From the NCBI RefSeq assembly GCF_009914755.1, contig NC_060944.1: DNA of 64,000 nt; one strand, 5' to 3'. Every line of letters begins with the position of its first letter. The first letter of the stretch is position 1. The stretch comes from the human T2T-CHM13v2.0 reference genome, Homo sapiens. Shown in pieces: positions 30,570 through 42,725 of the stretch. The position numbers and the translations under genes are program-made. A model generated the notes under the pieces. It worked only from the letters and a program-made list of their open reading frames with translations. It had not been told where the DNA came from and searched no databases.

Positions 30570-30812
30570 GCAACGAGAGGCAGTCCATACCCTGCAGCCA
30601 CTCACAGGCCTAGTAGGGAATCAGAGACAACATGTGATAAACTCAGCTACAGAAGCATAGTAGAGAGGTAAGCGCTGTGAGGGGAGTCAGGGAGGGCCTC
30701 CTGGAGGAGGTGACATTTGTGCCGGGGTTTGATTTAGGAGGAAGGAAAAGTGGAGCTGTGCTCTTAGCCTTAGGGATCAGCAAGTACAAAGGCACGACAG
30801 TGTGACCTGTAG
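30570..30812 (-). mobile_element. L2 fragment
   Basis: gtcagggagggcctcctggaggaggtgacatttg...cagcaagtacaaaggcac. Confidence 0.65.
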
Positions 30813-31869
30813 GGTTTGTGGTTGAAACAAGAGATATCAACTATGACTATCTTTTAAAAAATACGAAGTTTCTGGAATATTGAGAAGCTCATAATGAACA
30901 GAAAGCTGAAGGATCAGGCCTGAAAAATAAGCAGAAAAAAAAGGGAGTTCTGGGAGATCAACAAGCAAGAAGTCCAGCAACTTTGTAGCACAAACACCAT
31001 GGCCAGACACCACCCCTACTACTGCACACCCCAATTCTCCAGCCTCTGGCTGCTGGCCCATCCTTCCTAGATGAAAAGTCCTGGGCAGCAGGGTCCACCT
31101 GCTGCATCCAGGTTACCTATTCAGCCACACCCAGGCTGCCAGGAAATGATGAGCAGCTGGCATCTTCACCTCTCAGCGAGCTACACAATCCACTGAGACT
31201 CAACACAATGAGAGATACCCCAAATCAAGAAACAGGGTTGGAGACTGGACTCCCAAAACAATAACACAAAGGCTGCTCTCGTGTGATTACACAGAAGGGG
31301 AAATGAAAGAGAAAAGGGCAGGAGGGGGCACTGAGGCTCAAGATACATGCTGGGGTCGCATCATGAGAAAGTTCAATTATTAATAAGAGCAAATCATCTA
31401 ACAAACATTTGCCGCTACCTACTAAGCCCCAGCATTGCGGTTACAAATATAAATACAATGTTGTTCCTGCCTACAAGAACCGAAGCTAGCTCTGTTTATG
31501 GCCCGTGAACAAGCTTGCAGTTCATCCAATAAACATGAGGGAGCCCACACAGCTTTTTACAGCTAGCATCCACCTGGATTGACTAGTGCTTGGACCATTC
31601 TATTCGACAATATTTCCAACACTATTCTTGCTAAAGCCCAGGGAGTACCTAAGCTAAGAGCTAGAACAAGGTGCAATCAGGGGACCATCGACAGTGCCTG
31701 GCTTGTGTTTAGTGCTTCAGAATTTGCAAAGCATTTTCCCAACCATCAAGTCATGGGCAAATGTCCAGGACTACATGTTTGCCATGTGGATGATATTCCT
31801 TCTCCAGATGTCAAAGATAATACACAACCATTCTGTTTTGGGTATATAAGGGAATACAGAAATATATAC

Positions 31870-32220
31870 ATATGAAAACAAATTCGATAACTTCTATTGG
31901 AGATGAGCACAGAGATGTATGTACAAGAATACTCACCGCAACATGATTCAGGAGTAACTGGAAAGGACTTAAATATGCAACAATATGGGGTGATGAAATA
32001 AATCGTGGAACAGTCATTGCAATGGGAAACTATGAAACCTTTAGAAAACATGGTTTTATGGAACATTTAATGACATGGGAAAATGCTAAAGAAAAAAGTA
32101 TTAAATAGCAAAATACATATTTATGCAAGTTTGTGTGAACATATGACTTTCATTTCATTCTTTATAGCTATCTCTATTGAGCATTTTCTCAACAATGAAT
32201 ACACATTATTTTTGCCATCA
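31870..32220 (+). mobile_element. Old L1ME-like 3' fragment
   Basis: agatgtatgtacaagaatactcaccgca...aaataaatcgtgg...atttaatgacatgggaaaatgc. Confidence 0.55.
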
Positions 32221-32526
32221 TAAATCATGACTGCAAGTAGAAACAATTTTTAAAGATGCTTAGTTGACAACAGTACCATGTCTGCAATATATATTTCTCT
32301 AGCCTGGACATCAAGCCTGACTCCTCAGCCACATAAAACTCACATGACCTTGGACCAGTTGCTTCACTTCTCTGGGACTCTGTTTTCTCAAAAACAAGTG
32401 ACAATATCTCGAACTCATGGGATGGTGGGACATTAGACAAAATGTTGTACAGGATGATGCCTAACCCACTTCTTAGTTAGAGTGGACAAGTAGTAAATGC
32501 CAGCTCCCTTAGAAGAAAGCAACGCT

Positions 32527-32858
<332 letters not shown>

Positions 32859-32928
32859 TTACAGAGCTCGTGTGGAAAAGGTAACCTGGGTAGGTGATGG
32901 GGTCAGGGTACTGATGTGTAATTGACCT

Positions 32929-33375
32929 GGTTTTAGTTTCCTAGAACTGCTATTAAAAATTACCATGAGCTGGGTGGCTTAAGACAACAGAAACCTATTG
33001 TCTCACAGTTCTGGAAGCTAGAAGTCCAAAATCAGGGTATTGGCAGGGCCACGTTGTCTCCAAAAGCTCTAGAGAAGAACCCGTCAACTTGCCTTGCCTG
33101 ACTTCTGGTTTCTGTTGACAATCCTCAGCATTCCTTGCCTTATGGCTGCATTGCCCCAATCTCCACTGCCATCTGCATGTGGCCTCCTTCCCTATGTGTG
33201 TATGTATCTTTGCCTCCACGAGTCGTATTGGGTTAGAACCCAATATGACCAGCCTGACCTCATCCTAATTTGATCATTTCTATAAATACTTATTTTCAAT
33301 TAAGTGTGACATTTACAGATATCAGGGGTTAGGACTTCAACTTATCTTTTTAGGAGACACCATTCAACCCAAACA
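32929..33375 (-). mobile_element. MLT1C solo LTR
   Basis: tagtttcctagaactgc...tctcacagttctggaagctagaagtcc...ggggttaggacttcaac...cattcaacccaaaca; perfect TSD gacct. Confidence 0.88.
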
Positions 33376-33513
33376 GACCTCAACCCTCCCTTTAGACACA
33401 TGAGCAGTTAGAGCAAGGCAGGAACCCACAGGGAAAGGCCCCATGGTGTGAAGGAACAGGCCAGGACCACCCTGGAGACGGTGCTGCTTCCATGACATGC
33501 TAGTTGGGTGAAA

Positions 33514-33582
33514 TGTGTGTGTGTGTGTGTGTGTGTGCGCGTGTGTGTGTGTGCATGTGCATGTGTGTCACCTGTGTGTGTG
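33514..33582. repeat. Imperfect (TG)n microsatellite
   Basis: Read directly. Confidence 0.9.
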
Positions 33583-34620
33583 TTCTCCCAACTCCTCCTC
33601 CTTCCAATCTGGAAACTCACTAAGCTTTTTGTATTTTTCTGCTCTAGAAATGTGTGTAGGAAAAATAGAAGAAGCTGCTTGAAATCAAGGCTTCCTTCCT
33701 TCCTCCTTTGTTTTTTCTAACTCTAAACTTACTTAAGAGAGAATGCTGGGGTCTGGAAGGACTGGGCCAAGAAGGGTGTGCTTTTGAAGGCTAAGATGGT
33801 GAGGAGAGAGGTTCTCCCATTTTACGAAGGTGGGAGGTATGGATCTGCTGGTGCCACACTCCTCCGTGGCAGTACCTGAGGAGGGGCAGGCCCGGGGGGG
33901 TTTGTGGGTGGTGCACCTGGGCTGGCTGGGCTGTGACAATGGCTCCTAGCCTGAGAAAGCAGCAGCAGAATCACTAGACCTAAAGGGAATGCAGCAGTGG
34001 GATTCCCAGAGAAAATCACAACAGTCTGCTGAAACCCCAGGAAACTCATAGAACCCTAGGGAAGAGGGAGCTCCAACAGTGCCTAAAATATAGTCTCAGC
34101 TCCCTGGGGACTGAGGGTCAGATTCAGGTTTATGTAAAGAAGAGAAATAAGTGAGTATTTCTTATGTACCTGATTTTGCAACCTGATATTCAACCCTAAT
34201 CCATACCTTATGTTTAAAAGAATGTCCTACAAGTATTCAAAGGATATAGAAGCAAGCCACCCAAGCCCCACTACCTCTGGCTTCAGCCCTTTCCGAAGGA
34301 TACCTCCAGCACTCACATCTTCCTTCAGCCCCCAGGATGCCCTCCTGCTGGGCCCTGGGCTGTAATTCAGGGCTGTACCTCAGGGATGACTTGTGGAAAC
34401 CCATGCCAAAGATGGGGAAGGCAGGGCTAGGAACTGGTGGTAGCTGTAGTTAGTTCCATAGGCAGGATAGACAGCTAGAGAGAGGGTTTGTGAGTGAGTG
34501 TACTAACCCCTGCTCCTCTGTGACAGCCTCAATAACGATAAGGTAGTGAAACCAGGTCTGAAGCCTGGAATGCTAGTGCAAGAGCTTCTCCCATGGACAG
34601 AGATGAGGAAAAGTCTGTAT

Positions 34621-34676
34621 TTAGGTTGACACAAAAGTAGTTGTGGTTTTTGCCATTACTTTCAATGGCAAATAAC
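34621..34676. mobile_element. MADE1 (Hsmar1 MITE), right TIR truncated
   Basis: ttaggttgacacaaaagtagttgtggtttttgccattactttcaatggcaaa. Confidence 0.85.
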
Positions 34677-35155
34677 AGTAGGTGTGTGTAACATTCAATT
34701 CACAGAGGTGGGGTGGAGGAAATGTCTAAGCCCTCGATGCAGCAATGCATCCTGGACTTGAAAAGCCTCTCTGGCCTGTCAGGACCCACAGTAGAACACC
34801 TGCTGAGCAGCTCGCCTTTGTAAAGCAGCATCAGTGAGCTAGAAGTGGGGGCAAGGTCTCAGGTGGACTTGGACTTCCAGCCCCAGAGATTGCAAGAACC
34901 AGAAAACATTTAGAAAAACCAGCATTGACTAACCCCTACTCCAGGCAGACAGTTCACACTCATGCAGACATCCTCCATTTAACTCTCACACTGGTCCCCA
35001 AGATAAAGATGTGGAAACTGGGAGTTGAGACCCTAGGGTCACTCAGCTGTTGTGTAAGATTGGAATACACTGACTTGCAAACATGTCTATGATAACGATT
35101 TTGAAAGCAAAGAACAGGATGTTATGAGTGAGAATAAGGAGGAAGTCCATCTTTA

Positions 35156-35820
<665 letters not shown>

Positions 35821-36369
35821 TGAGTTACCCAGACCAAGTATAGCAGGGAGCTCGTCATACAAAGGGGATGGGCAAAAAGCTGTGGAACATCTGAATAAAC
35901 AGACTCAAACTTGACTTCCAAGATGAGGAGAACTGCTGGCTTTACAGAAAGAAAAGCAAGATTTCAGCCTATGCCCATAAGAAGAACAAACAGTTTTGCC
36001 TAATCCAAATTCGCTTTCATGCCTCTCTGCCTAAGAGGCACACAGAGCTGCTGAAATCCACAGGCGCATCATGACAGAATAATTTCAGTGATCATTATCA
36101 AATGCCTCTATTTAGAAAAGCCCAGAAGATTGTATTAGCATGATCCAATATTTATGAAATGACACCCTGCCATAATGAGGGGCTGAGAAAATTAATATTA
36201 GAAGCAAAAGCCATGTCTTTGGGGAGAGAGAGTAGCATGAGTAAAAAGACACACTTTTACTCAGCTTCTTAGAACTTGGTTTTCTGATCCGTAAAATGGG
36301 AAGGATAGTAGCAAAGAGGAAAATACATGATCAGTTAGTAAAGCACCCAAAGGCCTTTAATCTTTTTTC

Positions 36370-37336
36370 ATTCATTCCTGTATTAATAAAAACACTTAAT
36401 AAAGACTATTTGCCCATCCACACATCCATCCAACAAATTGCTAATTTAGTACATAGGATGTCTGATGTACTGCATTAGGCACTGAAGATAAAGTTATGAA
36501 CAAGATTCTCATGGTCCCCATTCACATAGAACTTCTCATCTGGGAGTAAACCATGCACTGGATGAATAACACCTGCTGTGATGCGTGCTACTAAGGACAA
36601 GTGCAAGGTGCAACGGGAACCATTACAAAGAATGCTGACCCAGACTGAGATATGAAGAGGACGCACAAGACAGTAGGTAGGGGAAAGGCTCCGTGGAGGA
36701 TGCCAATCTCATGTGAGTTCCCGAGGCAGGAGAGAGTCAGAACATTCTGGCAATTGGCAGAAGCCAGTGTAAAGTGAGCAGAGTGGGATGTGGAGCATGA
36801 TGATGATTTGGAGGTTTAGGGAGGATCAGCACTCAGAGCTTTGGAGACCACAACAGGGCTTTGGTCTTTCCTGGAGCAATGAGAAGCCTCAGAAAGCCTT
36901 AAGACAGAAGCTGGGTAGAGACAAGGAAGAAAAGAAGTAACATGAACATGCTTATATTCTAGAATAATCTCTTCGACATCTGTTTGGAGAATGGATTAAA
37001 GTCCAAAGAGTTAAGTCAAGGAGTCTGTTAGAAAGTTTTCCACTTACCCAGGAAACAGACAATGGTTGTGTTCACCAGGGCAGTGGTGGCAGAGATGGAG
37101 AGGCTTGGGCAGACCCAAACTATACTTAGGAAGTAAAATGGCAGAACAAAGTGATTGATTGGAAAAGTGGGTAAGAGAGAGAAAAAAGAGAAACATGGCC
37201 CCCCGGTTTCTGAATCAGTACCAGTAGGGTGAAGTGAGCTTTCTGGAGACGAGGAACAGTGGAAAGTGAGTAGACAGGGAAGGGGAAATGGGTAAATCAA
37301 GAGTTCAGTTTTGGAGATGTTGAGCTTGGAGAGCCT
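36370..37336 (-). mobile_element. L2, long fragment
   Basis: L2 3' end through gagttcagttttggagatgttgagcttggagagcct. Confidence 0.75.
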
Positions 37337-37393
37337 ACAACATGCTACAGGGCTTTAAGTGGACTAAAGATGAGCAGAAAGAGCATATGTGAA

Positions 37394-38124
37394 TACACAC
37401 ACACCCATACACATGCATATGCACACACCGCCATATACACACACCCATACAAACACACGGACACACACACACACCTCCCATACACCCCCCCACACACACA
37501 TACACCTCCATACAGACAGATCCCCTACACATGCATACACACACACACTCATATGCTCCCATACACATGCATACACACCCTCCATACACACATACACCCC
37601 CATACACACACCCCTATACACTCCCATACACACACACCCATACACATGCACACCCACACCCCCATACACATGCACACACACCCATACACACACCCCTTAC
37701 ACCCCCATATGCACACACACCCCACATACACACCCATAGGCATGCATACACACATATACCCATACACCCCCATACACACACACATACACACCCCCAATAC
37801 ACAGGCATGCACACACAATGCACCCATACACCCCCATACACACACACCCATACACCCCCATACACTCTCACACATACCCATACACATGCACACACACCCT
37901 CCATAAACGCACACCCATACACACACAACCCTTACACCCCCATATGCACACACACACACCCCCATACACATAGACACACACCCCCATAGACATGCATACA
38001 CACATACACCAATACACCCCCATACACACACACACACACACATACCAGTACACAGGCATGCACACACACCACACCCATACACCCCCATACACACACACAC
38101 ACGCATACACACACGTATACACAC
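37394..38124. repeat. Complex CA-rich tandem repeat (~730 bp, CACACCCCCATA-like units)
   Basis: Read directly; internal higher-order duplication at ~235-250 bp offset. Confidence 0.95.
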
Positions 38125-38624
38125 TATAAGATCCAGATTTATTGGGCCACTATCAAGGAGGGCCATGAAGAGTAGAGCAGATGTGCTATGTTTAAGCAGA
38201 GGTGTCTTGGATTCTTGGGGTCCCTAATGGGATGGGTGATTCTATCATGTAAACCAGGCAGTACTTTTTAAAGTCAGCATGATTGGGCAACAGACAGAGG
38301 TTGTTCCACACTGCCTTGCTAATAGGCATGCACACCTGTTGATGACTTTGCTCATTCAAAGTAAGGTCCCACCAGATCTGAAATGCTCAATTTTGTACCA
38401 CAGCCTAACTTTATTACACCTAAGGCTTGTATCAACACTTTTGAGAAATTTATACAATTAATGCCCTTAATAGGAGCTATCCATAACCATCCAGTGCCTC
38501 CTGTTTTGGAGCCAGACTCAAAGTGAATGAGGCCACACCCTCACCTGGGCATCTCTGAGCATCTTCTTTGCTCCCACTTTAGTAGCATCCTGGAAAACCC
38601 CGTTCTCCAGAGGTAGCCAAGATG

Positions 38625-38900
38625 ACATGGCAGCTGGGCAGTGGGTTGTGTAGGTGTAAAATTCCTGAGACATCTAGGCTGGAGGCATAAATGTCAGAAT
38701 CACCAGCACAGAGGCAGTATCTGAGGCCATGGGAGTGGTTGAGGCCAACCACAGAAAGAACACCCAGTAAGCCTGAAGAACTCTTAATACTCCATGGCCA
38801 GAGTGCACTGACAGGGGAGACTGAGAAAGAGCACCTGGGGGATTGGTGAAAACCAAGACAGGTGTGGGTTAAAGTGAGGGAGCCTTTGGTCAAGCAGAAA
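38625..38900 (-). mobile_element. L2 continuation
   Basis: ggcagtggg...tctaggctggaggcataaatg...gaggccatgggagtgg...ggagactgagaaagagc. Confidence 0.65.
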
Positions 38901-39240
38901 CTGTAGAAAATGGCCTCCCTTCTCCAACAAGCAGTTGTCTTTACAACTGCAGCAGGGACATGTGATTATTCAGAAAAGTGAGCTTCACTTTCTCAGAGTC
39001 ACAACTCTTCCTGGCTTCTATCACCAGGTAAGCCTCTTCAAGATGCACCTTACGCAGGTATACCCCACATTTAGAGTCTAAGTGTTCTCTCTGAGAAGAC
39101 CTCCTTTGGGTACTTCCCCTGAAACATATCAGGTGTACCTCACAGGCCTGCCCCATGCAGGTATCCATCAAGAATTCACACTAGGCCTTCAGCGCTGCTG
39201 GTTAAGGACAAAAGGTTGGTATTTAGAATGTCAGGATGTT

Positions 39241-39571
39241 TACCTTATAATACAATATATAATAATAATATAATAATATATAATAATAATATATTATATA
39301 ATAATATGACCTTATAAAAATCTGTGGAAGTATCCCTAAATATATATATAAATTATATAATATATATACTATGTAACATATATAATGTATAATATAATAT
39401 ATAACCTTATAATAATCTGACTGTAGAAGTCTCCCTAAGTATATAAAATATATGTAAATAATATAACACACAATAATAGATAATAATATGATAATATATA
39501 ACAATAATATAATAATATAATTAATATAACCTTATAATAGTCTGTACTGTTGAAGTTTCCCTAAATATATA
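39241..39571. repeat. AT-rich tandem repeat with three conserved cores
   Basis: accttata...tctg...gaagt.tccctaa.tata at 39309, 39404, 39529; partial copy at 39242. Confidence 0.9.
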
Positions 39572-39764
39572 CAACCTATGTCCATGTGGCCTGGAAGAAA
39601 AGCAGCGACCGTAAATTCTTCAGAAGCTCTTTCCCTGACACGCCACTATCATCAGGCTCCCAAGCAAAACCCAGTGATACCTACTTGTAGCTAAAGCTTA
39701 GAATCTCGACGCTAAAAGAAATGCTGAATCCAGGTGACATGTGACTAGTATCAAATCCTGAAGA

Positions 39765-39870
39765 ATTCATTCAGCCTTGGTTTGACCACCTCTGAGTGTG
39801 GGGAACTCACTACCTACAGAGCTATCGATTGCCATCTCAGAGAGCTCAATGTGTAAGTAAGTTCTTCCCC
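39765..39870 (-). mobile_element. L3/CR1 fragment
   Basis: cattcagccttggtttgaccacctc...ggggaactcactacct...agagctc...aagttcttcc. Confidence 0.6.
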
Positions 39871-39927
39871 CCATGATTCACGGTAAAAACTAGCCATCCC
39901 CATTACAGCCCCAAACATGATGGATCA

Positions 39928-40134
<207 letters not shown>

Positions 40135-40449
40135 TCATTTACAGCTTTGAATTTTAAACTCTGGAGAAGATTTTCCATATATATATATATATATATAAAA
40201 GATGAGCAAATTGGATTTTTATATTTGCTTTGGTGCTCTCAGGAAAGGCACTGGCATCTGCAGGCCTCCGTATTTAAAAAAGTTAATAAGGCTAGTTACA
40301 TTGATTTCAATCTTCCTTCCTGAGAAAGTAAACAGCAGCGTCTCATTCTAAGTAGGAAAAATGAATGCAGGGGCATGCCTCTGTAATTGCTTTGTGCAGC
40401 ACGGAGAGATGCTGTGAGGCAGCGGAAGGAGCACTCACTTCCCAGTCTG

Positions 40450-40640
40450 GCAAAACTAGACAGCCATCACCTTCACAAGGCTGTGTGAGCTCAGGCCAGA
40501 TGCTTCATACCTGAGCATCTCCGTTTCCTCACCTATGATACGGAGGGAAATGTCCAACCTCACAGAAATACCATGAGGAATAAATGGAATAACATGTGAA
40601 AAGTAACTGCCACAGAATACTTTCTCAGTGCCCACCTGTT
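40450..40640 (+). mobile_element. MIR
   Basis: gctgtgtgagctcaggc...tccgtttcctcacctatga...atgaggaataaatg. Confidence 0.6.
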
Positions 40641-41261
40641 TCTCTGTAAAAAGCAGTCTGAAAAATCATTTTTCATGGAGTGAGAATCGAATTGGTAAGA
40701 AATTAGACAATCATGCACCTGGAAGATAATAAAGTCAATGTTGATCATGTTTAAAGCTTCTCCCTTTAACTTTAAAGGTCAAGCCATCCACCATTTGACA
40801 ATAAGTTATATTCATTTGCTGTTGACAAGGATTCACTGAGCATACGCTCTGAGCTGTAAGTCCCATCAAGGTGACATTGAGAGAGATGTGGGGTGTACAA
40901 TGGAGGCTCCAACTAGGAAACACTGGTCTGTCCAGAGAAATGAGCCCATTATATTCTGGAGGAGAAAGCAGAAGTGGAGGAGAAGTGAACAGGGCTTTGA
41001 AGGATGGGAGCATCTCCATGGGCGGAGGGCAGGAGGAATGGCATTCTGAGTTGAGCCTGCAGGGTGCACAAATGCAGGGAGGCAGAACTGGGACTGAGTT
41101 CTACAGCAGCCTCCTGGCTGGTCTCCCAGACCTGTTTCACACTCCAGTCCATCTTTTCCAATGTCCCTTTCTTGTCTCTTTAATGTTCACAGGGTGCATC
41201 ACATCACCATCCTCCTCCTTTAAACGCTCACAGGTTTCCCACCCCACAGAGAACCAATGTC

Positions 41262-41635
41262 TGCTATAGATTAAATGTGTGAATGCCTGCAAAATTCATG
41301 CTGAAGTTTCAAACCCCAAAGTGATAGTATTAGGACACATGGCCTTTGGGAGGTGATTAGGACATGAAGGCAGACTCCACATGATTGGGACTGGGATTGG
41401 GACCAGTGCCCTTATAAAGAGACCCCAGAGAGCTATCTCGCCCCTTCCACCATGTGAGGACACAAGGAGAAGGTGCCATCAAAGAAGCAGGAGCTGGGCC
41501 CTCACCAGATGCTGAATCTGCCAATGTCTCGATCTTATACTTCCTAGTCCCCAGGACTGTGAGAAATCAATTTCTGTTGTTTATAAGCCACTCAGTCATG
41601 GTATTTTGTTATGGCAGCCTAAATTGACTAAGAAA
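41262..41635 (+). mobile_element. MLT1A0 solo LTR
   Basis: tgctatagattaaatgtg...gtgcccttataaagagaccccagagagc...ggtattttgttatggcagcc...gactaag. Confidence 0.88.
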
Positions 41636-41699
41636 ATAAACAAACATGGCTTTATTCAGTTCATCCCACACTAGCCCGGCCATGTGCTCATTAACATCA

Positions 41700-42443
41700 C
41701 ACTATTGTCTCCATCAGCTGCAAAGAACCAAATTCTTTCTCTGCACCCCAGACCTGAGATTTCCTCTGGATAGTGGTGGTGGACATCCTGTTGACAGATC
41801 TGACATAGAATACAGTCCAAACACCATGGAAGAAAACCTGTGATAGAAAAGCTTTCTCCACTTTCCTTTCTTGTTGGATATGGACACCCAGAAGAGCTGG
41901 CCTTCAGCAACTACTATGGTCCAAATGTGCGTGTTCCCCTTAAATTCATATGTTGAAGCCTAATCCCCAATGTAATAGTATTAGGTGGAGCCTTTGGGAG
42001 ATGCTTCCAAAGGACTGTGAGGGCTCTGTTCTCAGAAATGAGATCGCACCCTTATAAAAGATGCCCTAGGCAAATCGTTCACCCCTTCTGCCATGTGCGG
42101 ACTCATAGAAGGTGCCATCTATAAGGAAGGGACCTTTACCAAGTACCAAATCTGCTATCACCTTGATCTTGAACTTGCCAACCCCCAGAACTATGAGCAA
42201 TAACTTTCTATTTTTTAAATAACCCAGTTTAAGGCATTTTGTTATAACAGCCGAAATGGATTAAGACAGCACCCCACTGAGTATCTCTACTCTGTAGAGG
42301 AAAGCCACCCAGAGACTCGCCTGACCAGGAATATCAGCATTCAACTTTTCAGGAGCAAAATATAAACTTTTCTTGTCATATGCCACTGAGATCTTAGGGT
42401 TTAACTGTTAGCACCGTAGAGCTTTGTACAACCTGACTAATAT
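41700..42443 (+). mobile_element. Old MLT1 (H-L group) LTR, split by MLT1A
   Basis: 3' end ataaacttttcttgtcatatgccactgagatc...cctgactaatata; 5' boundary uncertain. Confidence 0.5.
41912..42268 (+). mobile_element. MLT1A solo LTR
   Basis: tactatggtccaaatgtg...aaattcatatgttgaagcctaatcccc...ggattaagaca; TSD gcaac/gcacc. Confidence 0.88.
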
Positions 42444-42499
42444 ATAAAGTGTGTCATACCTCAACACAGTGATCCAAAGAAAGAAAGAAGAAGCATATT

Positions 42500-42725
42500 C
42501 TCCCAAGCATTTGCTCTGTGTTGGGCAACATATTCGACACCGATTACATATACTATCTCATTAGCTGTCATGTAATCCTCACAAACCACATGAGGTACAT
42601 TTTATCTCAACTTTAAATCTAAGAGAATTGATGCACTGAGGGGATAAATGACCTGCTCAGGCAACATGGAAGGAAAGTGTTGGAGCCAATATTAAATCCA
42701 TGGCAGCATAGCTGTAGAGCCCATG
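42500..42725 (-). mobile_element. MIR
   Basis: taatcctcacaaaccacatgaggtac...tgacctgctcagg...ggagcc. Confidence 0.6.

Noticed and set aside
37335-38166. His/Thr/Pro-rich and Cys/Val-rich ORFs
   Set aside because: Translation artefacts of the CA/TG repeat.
39241-39571. CRISPR-like repeat-spacer array
   Set aside because: Eukaryotic DNA; diverged repeats, low-complexity spacers of unequal length, no cas genes.
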